Of a stretch of DNA of 64,000 nucleotides, positions 1 to 11,925 are shown one piece after another. The translations under genes were made by a program, and so were the position numbers. The notes beneath the pieces are model-generated. The model worked only from the letters and a program-made list of their open reading frames with translations, ran no database searches and was not told the origin of the DNA. The DNA lies in assembly GCA_964016885.1 (NCBI GenBank), contig OZ024741.1:321408001-321472000 (forward strand), in the 5' to 3' direction. Each line of letters starts with the position of its first letter. Positions within the stretch are counted from its first letter, which is position 1. Source of the stretch: Eledone cirrhosa. Taxonomy: Eukaryota.

Positions 1-145
1 AGATTACAAGGTTTCCAATAGAAGGGAATATTAATGTATTACCTGACATGATTTCAATTTGACATCTAGGCAGGATAATGGCAAAGTTTTTATCCCAAGT
101 GACCCATCTCCCCATATGTTTAGGAGAAGAGTAAGATATTTGCGT

Positions 146-605
<460 letters not shown>

Positions 606-691
606 AAAAAAATGAACGGAAACAACAAGTGAAACAGCATAGTACAATGAAGAAATATATTACTTTAACGCTTTGTATAGTAGGAAAAGAG

Positions 692-727
692 TCTTTACGT
701 TTCGGATACTAGTCCTTCATCAGAAGA
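692..727 (-). ncRNA. Minimal type-I hammerhead ribozyme
   Basis: Minus strand reads TCTT-CTGATGA-A-GGA(CTAGTA)TCC-GAA-ACGT-A-AAGA: stem I, intact core, stem II and palindromic stem III. Confidence 0.85.
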
Positions 728-1019
728 TTGAATGAGAAATAAAAAAGTGAAATAGGAAGATAGAGGGTATGAAGAGGAAGAAACTGGGAAATATTTGTTG
801 AGAAAAAGTGTATTCAGTCTGGGATAAATGCGTAGATATATATATGGAGAGAATTAAGTATTTAATACTGTACAGATTATACATGGTTTTAATTTATCTG
901 GCAGCCACATCTCGACAGAAGCCATATTAAATGCGATCGTAGCCATATGAAGTTAGTCCTATTAGCACCAGTGCAATAAGAGGGGCTTATATATATATAT
1001 ATTTTTTTTTTTTTTTTAG

Positions 1020-1330
1020 TATATGTTGGTTGTATACCAACACCTCATTATGCAGATGGAGCACTCGACGAAGTGCGCAGGTTGGTTTGGTTACTCCGGA
1101 GTAATGTAAAATAAACTAAAATAAATAAGTCAAATATTTAAAATTTGGCTTCGTTTATTACTGCTATATATATTTCGGTGACAGCCATATTTGGCTGTGA
1201 CCTCTTCAGGCAGTCCGAATTAGTGTGGTAGAGACGAGTACACATGTTGTTGAGGTGTTTAACTTTGTCAATACTCTGATATGCTCAGTTCCTGGTTGGG
1301 TTGTTATTTCACTGAGGAACTGGAATCATA
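1020..1330 (-). mobile_element. Penelope-type pseudo-LTR fragment, family shared with 3230-3550
   Basis: Shares the sequence 'gagcactcgacgaagtgcgcagg...ttactccggagtaat' with ~3270-3320 and carries a hammerhead followed by AATAAA. Confidence 0.55.
1161..1213 (-). ncRNA. Minimal hammerhead ribozyme
   Basis: CTGC-CTGAAGA-GGTCACAGCCA(AATA)TGGCTGTCACC-GAA-ATATATAT-A-GCAG, followed by TAATAAA. Confidence 0.85.
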
Positions 1331-1924
1331 TTGATTTCCTCTGTATGACTGCAATAAGTTATCAATGGGCCGTTCTATAGGAGGCAAGGTCGAAATGATT
1401 GCGATGACTTCTATTGTATCCAGCTAAATTTCCCAATATAATTCACTCCCGATACCAAGATTTGATCGTTTGTATTACTTTGATTGGCCCAGTGAGCTCC
1501 TGCTATTTTTAGCATTCCTCTTGCTAATCTTCCTCTCTGATACTGTTGAACACACACGCATACCTTCGCTTCTGTATAAACATGACGAGAAATGGACCCA
1601 GTCTTAATTTGCTAATAATCAATTTCTACTCGTAATTGTCAATTTTTTTTCAAGGGTCAAAACCAATTGGTTCAGGCTGGTGTGTAAGTTTTTCAACTCT
1701 TTCATAGTTAGATCCCTAGAGTTCTTAGATTTCTTTGATTATTATCGGCCTAATTTATTATATTCCGGTATCGCTTTCCTATGAGCGTATCGTATCGATT
1801 TGCTCCGTAACACGTGTTATCATTGAACAGTTCTATAGGAGGCAAGATCGAAATGATTGTGATGTCTTTAGCATTAAACCAATCAAAATTTTCCATTGTA
1901 AACACACACACATATATATATATA

Positions 1925-2112
1925 ATTGTTTCTACTTTTGGCACCAGGCCAGCAATTATCCCAGTACATTACTGGTACTTTATTTTATCGACCCCGTAAG
2001 GATGAAAGGCAAAGTTAACTTCGGCGGGATTTGAACTCAGATCATAAAGGGAGGTAACTCTATGCTTCAAAGCATGGCGTCCGACCCGCTACCGATACTA
2101 CCAATCCACCAT
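1925..2112 (-). mobile_element. tRNA-derived SINE
   Basis: Reverse complement of the copy at 59389-59605; B box GAGTTCAAATCC. Confidence 0.85.
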
Positions 2113-2119
2113 ATATATA

Positions 2120-2490
2120 ATGGCTGCATCTCGGTTTCAAGAATTGCCATCCCTTGACCTTTTTCTCATACATAGCTGGCACGAACATGACTTTTAGCCC
2201 TTCCAATGGCTTAGATTCCTTTGTACATATGCTGCAGTGAAAGAAAAAAGAAAGGGTCATGCTTACTCAACACGTGAAAATCGTTTACATCAAGTGATGC
2301 CTGTGCGTCAAGATTTAGAACGACTTTGCCTTGGTCCAGTCCTAGTCTCTGAACAACGGGGACAGATATTCAAAAAGAAGAACAAGTCAACATCATTGGC
2401 TGCCTTCGCAGAGTTTACATCAAAGTTTTTCTTCTTCTAGAATGATTTCCTAACAAGAAATCGGGGTCTCTCATCCCAGTGGGCTAATCG
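2120..2490 (+). pseudogene. Degraded LINE fragment (RTE/CR1-like, region downstream of the RT)
   Basis: Only residual peptides such as 'GCLRRVYIK', resembling FHxxCLRRIL; heavily decayed. Confidence 0.3.
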
Positions 2491-2942
2491 TGCGCTCGGG
2501 ATCCAAACCGAGTATTTCCATGTCACCGCGCATATATATATAATAATGAGAGAAAAAATATATGTGTATATATACATGTGTATGTATGTATGTATGCGTA
2601 CCTCTGTGTATGTATATATGTATGCGTACCTCTCATTATTGTCTCAAACTCCCGCACGGTCGAGTAACCACGGTCGAATAACCACGGTCGAGTAACCACA
2701 GTATAGTAACTGGTTTTAAGCAAACACTATAACCACTTTCAGTCAACCTTACCACCCCCTGTAACCTCAGTATCATGTATTAATTTCTCCCTCCACCTTC
2801 TGAGATATTTTTCAATGCTACAAGGGATTTAGTCCCCTTTCTTGACCGGTGTATCACCTGATAATCTCTCCCTCCGCCTTTCTGAGATTTTCTCGCTTGC
2901 TACGAACGTGTCTAGAAAGCGCACTTTCCCCGATGAGGAGTT

Positions 2943-3031
2943 CCCTTGAGAAGCTGGTTTGCCTCATAACAATGTTACATCTCTATAATGTAAAGTTGTC
3001 GCACACTGACCAACGAAACTGTACAGTCGGG
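2943..3031 (+). ncRNA. Hammerhead ribozyme, U3-A8 core variant with extended stem II
   Basis: CCC-TTGAGAA-[~60-nt stem II region]-GAA-ACTGTACAGT-C-GGG. Confidence 0.7.
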
Positions 3032-3220
3032 TCATTGAGGAAAAAATAGGTATATATCTGTGTCTATTACTTCTTCTTACTTTATAATTTGTTATATATA
3101 TATATATTTTTTTTTTTTTTTTCTGTTCATATATATATATATATATAACAGATTATGAAGTAAGAAGAAGTAATAGACACAGATATATACCTATTTTTTC
3201 CTCAATGTCCCGACTGTACA
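3020..3220. repeat. ~80-bp inverted repeat around a (TA)n/poly-T spacer
   Basis: 3020-3100 is the reverse complement of 3140-3220. Confidence 0.9.
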
Positions 3221-3376
3221 TGTAAATTTGAATATGTGTTGGTTGGTTACCGACACTTTAGTATGCAGGGCAGAGCACTCAACGAAGTGTGCAAGTTTGT
3301 CTGTTTACTCCGGAGTAATTTAAAAACAAGAAGTGTAAATCATCAGGTTAAAATTAACGTCGTTTATTCATATTCG

Positions 3377-3433
3377 CTGATATATATATTTCGGTAATAA
3401 CCATTATTCAACAGCTATGACATCATCAGACAG
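3377..3433 (-). ncRNA. Hammerhead ribozyme (diverged copy of the 1161 family)
   Basis: CTGT-CTGATGA-stem II-GAAATATATATATC-AG; a partial inverted copy lies at ~3500-3550. Confidence 0.6.
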
Positions 3434-3744
3434 TTAGAACTTGAACAGAAAAAGCAGAAAAACATAATGGTGTTGTTTTCTCAAAGAACTGGTGGCATAT
3501 CACCGAATTATATAACAGTGAATATGAATAAACGAGGTTAATTTTAATCTGTAGACTTCTTGTTTATATATATATATATATATGGGAGGAGGTTATAGTT
3601 CACTTGAAGCATTGTGTAATGAGGTATAAACGTTAGAATATGTGTAATAAGGCCAAGACAATGCAGATATGGACATAGAAAAAGAATGCAATAGTGAGAG
3701 ATATTGATGAGAATTCGTCTTTCACCTTGAATTTATTTAAATGT

Positions 3745-3780
3745 CCTTAATTTTCGAGATAATATCTCTTCTTCGGAGGG
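3745..3780 (-). ncRNA. Minimal hammerhead in the Penelope 3' pLTR
   Basis: CCT-CCGAAGA-A-GAGATA(T)TATCTC-GAA-AATT-A-AGG (U4C core variant). Confidence 0.7.
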
Positions 3781-4154
3781 AAGTAAAAGTCTCAGACCAG
3801 CGTCTAAATTTCCAATGAAGCCATGCTGACCGGAAATAGTATAGAGTTCTAACTTTAATATCAAAGAATTAAAATTAGGTGGGTAAAGAGTAGTCTCCCT
3901 TTAAGAGGGGTTTGTTTATGTTTTTGTTGTGTTTTTTAAATTTTATATGCGTGCCTGTATATGTGTGTGGGAGAAAGCATGAAGGTGTAGGTATGTGTGT
4001 GTGTGAGTGTGGGAAGATAGGTCTAATCGTAAAAGTGGGGGGTAGGTGTTATCTGGTGTTAGAACTGGTTTTGTGTGTGTATGTGTGAGAGAGAATAAGT
4101 GGAGGTGTGTGCGTGCGTGTGTGTGGGGTGTGTAAAGTGGGGCTAGAGGCCCTA

Positions 4155-5400
4155 TCAGGTTATAAATTGGGTGTTGAGCTCTAGTCTATTATTGATTGGT
4201 GGATGTGTTCTATCTATAATGAGTGCTTCCTTGATTCTAAGATTACCGAGGTTTCTTTCTTTAGTTTCTATCCTAACTGTTATGTTTTTATCAGTGTTTT
4301 TGCATTTAACTAGGTGTTTCTTAAATGAGGAAGCGTTAGTATTGAGGTGTTCTTTTATTCTTATGTGGAGTGGTCTGGTGGTGCTACCTACGTAGAAGTT
4401 GTTGCATTTGTCACACTCTAGTCTGTAAACTACGTAAGCCTGGTGGCATAGGTCTGTGTCGTTGATGGGGCAGTTGGCTAGTCTGCAGCAGTTGTCATGT
4501 CTGGTGGAATGTCTCTTAGCTAGCCGTCCACGCAAAGAAGGACCCGAATGGGCCAGTTGAATATCCAGACCTTCTCGTCTGATGGCTCTGCGGATGGCTG
4601 TTGTTGTTTCTTCACTGAAGTGTGGGAGCTTCAGGAAGCAAGTGTTAGTGCCTCGGGTGTGGTGTCCTCTGTTCTTTCTGGCACGGTTTGTGGTGGATGT
4701 CGTGTATCCGTTCAGTTTGAGTACTTCCAGGAAATGTGTGGTGTGTGTGTCTCGGTCTCTGGCGTCGGTGCATTTGTTCTTGATACGTGCCAGTTCGTTC
4801 TTTATGTATCCGAACTTGGCACCGAGTGGGAGGGCCGATCTGAAATGTACGAACAGGTCCCTGCTGGCGGATTTTTTATAGAAGCAGGTGTGGATGTTGC
4901 CTTCCTCTGTTACCCTGAGTTGGAAGTCCAGCAGGGATAGGGATCCGCGGTCATCGGGGTGTTCTATGCTGAACTTTATACTGGCGTCCATGCTGGAGAA
5001 TGTTGTGTATATTTTCTCTGCCTCTTCACGGGATGATGTAAGGATGAGTATGTCATCTACATATCGGGTGAAGAAGGCATGGGAATGGCAGGTGTTGAGG
5101 GCTCGGCATTCTAGCTGGTTCATGTAAGTGATGGCCAGCAGGCCAGAGAGGCTGGATCCCATGGGTAATCCTGTTGTCTGTCTGTATGTGTGGTGGTGGA
5201 AGGTGAAGTACGTATTGTCTACTGTGAAGGACAAAAGTTGGTGTATGTCCGTCGGGTGGAGGCCGTAGCAGTGGATGTTCTCTGCGACCACGCAGTCCGT
5301 CAATAAATCGACAGCTGGGTGAGCGGGGACTGTAGTGTAGAGGGAGACAACGTCGAGGCTAAAAGCGTATTTATTAAGTTTAAGTTGTTCTGGCTGGATG
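4155..5400 (-). CDS. Penelope-like reverse transcriptase plus GIY-YIG endonuclease (5'-truncated)
   Basis: SLDVVSLYT, GLPMGSSLS, TRYVDD, LSLLD, VVYRLECDKC..YVGSTTRPLHIRIKEH, IKEALII. The first ~25 aa of the predicted ORF come from the inverted arm. Confidence 0.92.
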
Positions 5401-6153
5401 CGTGGACGGCTAGCTAAGAGACACTCCACCAGACATGACAACTGATGCAGACTAGCCAACTGCCCCATCAACGACACAGACCTATGCCACCAGGCTTACG
5501 TAGTTTACAGACTAGAGTGTGACAAATGCAACAACTTCTACGTAGGTAGCACCACCAGACCACTCCACATAAGAATAAAAGAACACCTCAATACTAACGC
5601 TTCCTCATTTAAGAAACACCTAGTTAAATGCAAAAACACTGATAAAAACATAACAGTTAGGATAGAAACTAAAGAAAGAAACCTCGGTAATCTTAGAATC
5701 AAGGAAGCACTCATTATAGATAGAACACATCCACCAATCAATAATAGACTAGAGCTCAACACCCAATTTATAACCTGATAGGGCCTCTAGCCCCACTTTA
5801 CACACCCCACACACACGCACGCACACACCTCCACTTATTCTCTCTCACACATACACACACAAAACCAGTTCTAACACCAGATAACACCTACCCCCCACTT
5901 TTACGATTAGACCTATCTTCCCACACTCACACACACACATACCTACACCTTCATGCTTTCTCCCACACACATATACAGGCACGCATATAAAATTTAAAAA
6001 ACACAACAAAAACATAAACAAACCCCTCTTAAAGGGAGACTACTCTTTACCCACCTAATTTTAATTCTTTGATATTAAAGTTAGAACTCTATACTATTTC
6101 CGGTCAGCATGGCTTCATTGGAAATTTAGACGCTGGTCTGAGACTTTTACTTC

Positions 6154-6188
6154 CCTCCGAAGAAGAGATATTATCTCGAAAATTAAGG
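6154..6188 (+). ncRNA. Minimal hammerhead in the inverted pLTR copy
   Basis: Mirror copy of 3745-3780. Confidence 0.7.
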
Positions 6189-6301
6189 ACATTTAAATAA
6201 ATTCAAGGTGAAAGACGAATTCTCATCAATATCTCTCACTATTGCATTCTTTTTCTATGTCCATATCTGCATTGTCTTGGCCTTATTACACATATTCTAA
6301 C

Positions 6302-6355
<54 letters not shown>

Positions 6356-6359
<4 letters not shown>

Positions 6360-6950
6360 AAAGAGGTGAAATCGAAAATGCAACTGGAGTCTTATTTTTT
6401 TTTTAAATATATATATTTATTTGGTTCCTTTACCGGTTTCGCAGTTCTTCTGCTTTTCAAAAGGTGAGTTGAGATGGAGGGTCTGTGGTTTTTCTCACAT
6501 CTGGTTGGTCTCTGAATGTTACTTGTTTTATATGGAAAAAGTGACTCGAAATGCCAGGTTTTTCAAGAAGTAATTTGATTGGTTTGTCAATAATTATAAT
6601 AAATTTCGCGCCAGTTCGCATTACAATAGTTCTTCAAATAAGAGGGGGGGTTGTCACAGGTTGTGTTTTTCATATATGAGTGTTTGAATTTCTTTTTACT
6701 TGAAAAAAGGGGCTCACGAAGGCTTTTTTTTGGTTGGTTATAAATGAAATTATGGCTGTCATGGGAACAAGTTTTGATTAAATTTTCGTGCCCTTATTTG
6801 GAAATCCATTCTGTAGCCTTTTTACAGAATTTTATAAGTGAAAGATAATGGTCAAGAGAAAGGGATGGGAGAATTGTTCTGGTTCAGTGAATATGGTTAG
6901 TTCGCTGGGGTGTCAGAATTCAGATTTTCTATTGAATAAAGAAAGTAAAT
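6356..6950 (-). mobile_element. Penelope pLTR fragment, same family as 50537-51150
   Basis: Colinear similarity over ~600 bp with 50537-51150; starts at a (TA)n tract. Confidence 0.85.
6427..6464 (-). ncRNA. Minimal hammerhead, U3-A8 variant
   Basis: CCTT-TTGAAAA-GCAG(AAGAA)CTGC-GAA-ACCGGT-A-AAGG. Confidence 0.8.
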
Positions 6951-6959
6951 ATTGTTATA

Positions 6960-8039
6960 CTTTGGGAGGGTCATGTTGCCAATAAGAAACACACGCACCA
7001 GTTGCTTTCACTTCAATTTATTATATATTTATAAATTTATAAATTTACAAATCTACAAACTTATAAATTTCTGGTTGGTTGGTTGGTTCCACAACCAGAT
7101 AGTTGTTTATATATAGTCATAGTCCTTTCGTCACACACTCTGTGACCTCTTCAGTGACTGGGGATTCCTTTCTTTGTTTCTGTGCCTTTCCTTTCTTCTG
7201 TCCTACGCCATTTTGTTTCTGTGTGTGTTGTTTGCTCAGTTTGCGCATGCGCCACATCTGGGTGTCTGTGTGTGTTTGTGTTCTTTTATCTATTTGTTTA
7301 TTTATTTACATGTTGTTGGTTGGTTGTTTGTTCTATGTGTGTGTGTGTTTTCATTTTGTCCTTAATTGTAAGTTGTGATGTTGCTGTTCCACTCATATTT
7401 TCTATTTAATTTTGGTTGTAATTCTTTTATGCTTACTGCCTCTGTAATTTGCCTAAACATTGCATCTTTTCTGTGTGTGGATTCTATTTTTATTTCTATG
7501 TTCTCTAATTTACCCTTGTGTTCTATCTTAGCATGTTGGTAGAGTACAGATGATTCTTTATTATCTTGAAGGTCTCGCCAGTGTTCATTTATCCGTTCCC
7601 CTATACTACGAGCTGTCTCACCTATGTACACTATATTTTTGTTTCTACATTGTCCTGCAGTACATCTTATGCTATACACTACATTTCTAGTTTTACAGTT
7701 AATATGGGGGCTTATTTTACAGGTTATACATTTCTTATCTATACATGAGGGTCTTTGGAACGGGTATGTCTTGCTAATAAGTGTTTTTACGGAGGTACCT
7801 GGTCTTTCTACTATCTTAATATTGAGTTTATGTTTATTTAGGGCCCTAAATAAACTTGGAATAGAATAGAAAGAACTAGGAACAAGGCCAATAGAATAAA
7901 CTCATGGTATGATAGCAATAAATACCAGAGTGTAATGTTCATCAATACAACCCCTAGAGGCGAACTAGCCTACAAATTTACTAGGGCCCTAAATAAACAT
8001 AAACTCAATATTAAGATAGTAGAAAGACCAGGTACCTCC

Positions 8040-8043
<4 letters not shown>
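6960..8043 (-). mobile_element. Truncated Penelope-like element (Neptune-like) with 5' inversion
   Basis: GIY-YIG on the minus strand at 7362-7850 (VVYSIRC..YIGETARSIGERINEH..RQITEAVSI). Segment 7860-8043 is flipped (VMFINTTPRGEL..IKIVERPG), with a ~60-bp inverted overlap at 7787-7850. Confidence 0.85.
7115..7159 (-). ncRNA. Minimal hammerhead of the Neptune-like element
   Basis: AGTCA-CTGAAGA-G-GTCACA(GAGTG)TGTGAC-GAA-AGGACT-A-TGACT. Confidence 0.85.
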
Positions 8044-8071
<28 letters not shown>

Positions 8072-8165
8072 AAGAAGAAGAAGAAGAAGAAGAAGAAGAA
8101 GAAGAAGAAGAAGAAGAAGAAGAAGAAGAAGAAGAAGAAGAAGAAGAAGAAGAAGAAGAAGAAGA
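8042..8165. repeat. (AAG)n microsatellite
   Basis: Directly visible. Confidence 0.98.
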
Positions 8166-8659
8166 TTAGTAGTAAAGTTTAGGGTCTCTGGTTGCAATCG
8201 AACTGAAAAGGGTTTATATATATTTATATATATACATAATTGTATATATATATATCGGAGTCCACTGGTTGTGGTGGGGCTGATAACGTTGTTAGAACTC
8301 AATGTATTCTAGGAAGGATAGCTGCGGCGCAGCTCCATCAGACGACAACAACAATTAGCGTAAATTCCATTTAGGACTTCAACACCACCACCACCACCAC
8401 TTATCTCCCTACGACTGATGTTTAGTTTTTATTTTATTTTTTTTTTTTTTTTTTTTACCTTATTTTTTTATTTCCATTTCTATCTTCATTTTGATTTTAC
8501 TGATATTCTTAGTATATTCCTCCTTGACCCACCCTATATCCCCACTACCTCCAGTTTCAGGAACAATTTGGATGCACTACACGCCTCCATCTACGTATCT
8601 CTGTATACCCTGTCTCTTGAGTTTAAATATATACTTCTAGTAAATAGAATTCAGTTTAG

Positions 8660-8790
8660 TGTTTCTGAGGAGGACGGCCGATTGAACAGGAACTTCGAGA
8701 CTGGTAATGGGTAGTAACGTAACCAATACCATGCTGGTCGATACATCGATCTCCGCCGTACAATCGACCCTCTGAAACGATCGTAAAACA
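8660..8790 (+). ncRNA. Hammerhead ribozyme with ~100-nt stem II extension
   Basis: TGTTT-CTGAGGA-GGACGGCCGATTGAAC...GTACAATCGACCCTCT-GAA-ACGATCGT-A-AAACA. Confidence 0.7.
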
Positions 8791-8848
8791 ATGAACTAAC
8801 TCTCTATCTACACCTGACTTCTGTTTTTATTGTTCAAACACATAAACC

Positions 8849-9047
<199 letters not shown>

Positions 9048-9472
9048 AGTAAAAGCGAAGTAGTTTCAGATGTTTTAATAATAATGCTGTGATATATATT
9101 TCAATGACGACACTGGCCACACTGTTGTGTGTGCGAGTGTCGTGACATCATCAGACAGCTTGTTACATAATAAGGTTATGTTTCCGAGGCAATCCAAATT
9201 GAATCGACATGGGAACGGACGAAGTGTGTGCTTTTGGCTTCTTCATCCGTTCCCATGTGAGTACCAATTCTCCCCACCGGTCTTGCGCAGGCGCACGTCC
9301 GAAGGAAGTTGACCATTAGCTACCGATATTTACTCCGTCACTCCTATGTGAAAAAGTACGTTGAGTGCTTGAATTGAATTGAATTGCATCAATATTTACC
9401 CTAAGTATATATATATAATGTGGAGAGGGAGCACACGAGTTAGGATATATATATAATAACAAGAATATATAT

Positions 9473-10485
<1,013 letters not shown>

Positions 10486-10922
10486 TGTAGTGACTGAGAT
10501 GGTCGCTTAGCAACGAGCAGTTGCCTCCCCTTAACAACTCTTCAGAGAGCGGAGGCAATACACATCCAGTCACAGACGCTGGTTTGAACAGACGTGAAAG
10601 GATTCGCTCCTGATAAAATATTGACTATGCTGTCTTCGTAAAAGATGATGTGAAAATGCCCTCCTTCGGATCAAGGACGCTACGAAATCTCGACGAATAG
10701 GCATTTGCTATTGTCTTCGTTATTTCTGTACCAGAGAATATTATTACACCCTTTTTTCTATTAACCCACAAGGTGTTTAAATTGACGTTGTAGGAAATTT
10801 ATTAAATATCACATTAATAAAAGAGTGTTAAATTTTGATTGTTCACCCCCTTTCTGGAGTCATTTATTCAACAAAGAGAAACGATGAATTGTCCATTCAT
10901 CGACAAACATTCGTTTCCTTTA
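10486..10922 (+). repeat. 5' LTR
   Basis: TGTAGTGACTGAG...TCGTTTCCTTTA; direct repeat of 15454-15890; AATAAA at ~10816. Confidence 0.93.
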
Positions 10923-11099
10923 TTGAATAAATGACTCCAAGATTTGAAAAGATGTTTAAGGACGAATTATGTCCCTGAAGCAGCTATATGACCAAAAGAG
11001 TCTTCAACGGATTTCGGACTTCCAGTATATCCTTTTGGTCATATAGCTGCTTCAGGGACATAAATCGTCCTTAAAAATTTTTTTAAATCTTCGGCAATC

Positions 11100-11885
11100 A
11101 TGAATCCACATCATTTGCCGACCTTCGCAGGCGACGTCATATTATGGTTTTCGCAGCTCGAATGCTACTTCGACTTGACCCATACTAAGGAACCAAATAG
11201 GTTAAAGGTCCTGATCAATGGCCTGCCTGTTTCCTTGGCATTCTCGGTGAAGGACGTGGTGACGGATTTGGACGCCGACGTTACCTACGGCTCGTTAAAA
11301 ACCGAAATTCTTCGGAGAAATACCAAGTCGGTGGAAAGTCGTTTTCGGGAGTTGCTGTAGGATGCGCAAATGGGTGACAGAACGCCGAGCTCCTATTTGC
11401 GACATTTGCGGGAGTTGAGCGACTCCCAGGGGATGGACACCCCATTCATAAAACAGCTCTTTTTCTCACGTTTACCGCCAAGTGCGCAAAGGATTTTGGT
11501 TAATAGTTTGGAGAGGGAGTCGTTAGAGCAACTTGCCGCATCCGCGGATAGAATACTTGAGGTGGACTCTAACAGCAATCGGCATAATCCTTGTGTGGCT
11601 TCTTCTTCTGTTCCCCCACGCAATTCTTCTGTGGCCGACAGCAAACTGTTGGAGATGATCGAAGCGCTCACCCAAAAAGTGGAGGATTTGACTGTACAAC
11701 ACAGAGAGCCTTCTCAACGTTTGAGGTATCGTTCGCCGCCGTCTTCTATTCATCGCCAGCACTACAACGCAGACAACAATAATTCTTCGTTTTGTTGGTA
11801 TCATGCTAACTTCGGCAGTAGGGCACAACGTTGTCGCACGCCCTGTAATTACAAGAGATCGGGAAACGCAAAGCAGAGCCACTAG
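11100..11885 (+). pseudogene. gag: gag with one in-frame TAG at 11358-11360
   Basis: LPTF..WFSQLECYF, GDRTPSSYLRHLREL, and CWYHANFGSRAQRCRTPC (CHCC knuckle). Confidence 0.9.
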
Positions 11886-11925
11886 GGGCGGCTAGTGAAC
11901 TCTGGGAAAATCGACCGAACTGCCA
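11861..11925 (+). promoter_or_regulatory. -1 programmed ribosomal frameshift signal (gag-pol)
   Basis: G_GGA_AAC in the gag phase, then a stem (CAGAG-C-CACTAG / CTAGTG-AA-CTCTG) 6 nt later; the -1 frame is open into FLVDTGA. Confidence 0.8.

Larger units (their letters stand above)
3625..6308 (-). mobile_element. 5'-truncated Penelope-like element with inverted pseudo-LTR
   Basis: 3625-4532 is inverted-duplicated at 5399-6308 (~910 bp, nearly identical); RT plus GIY-YIG ORF; (TA)n on or near both flanks. Confidence 0.93.

Noticed and set aside
5440-5450. TGA at a Cys position as selenocysteine recoding in the Penelope element
   Set aside because: It occurs only in the inverted duplicate arm; the coding copy has TGC and no SECIS was seen.
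11358-11360. In-frame TAG in gag as programmed readthrough
   Set aside because: pol carries several other stops and frameshifts, so ordinary decay is more parsimonious.
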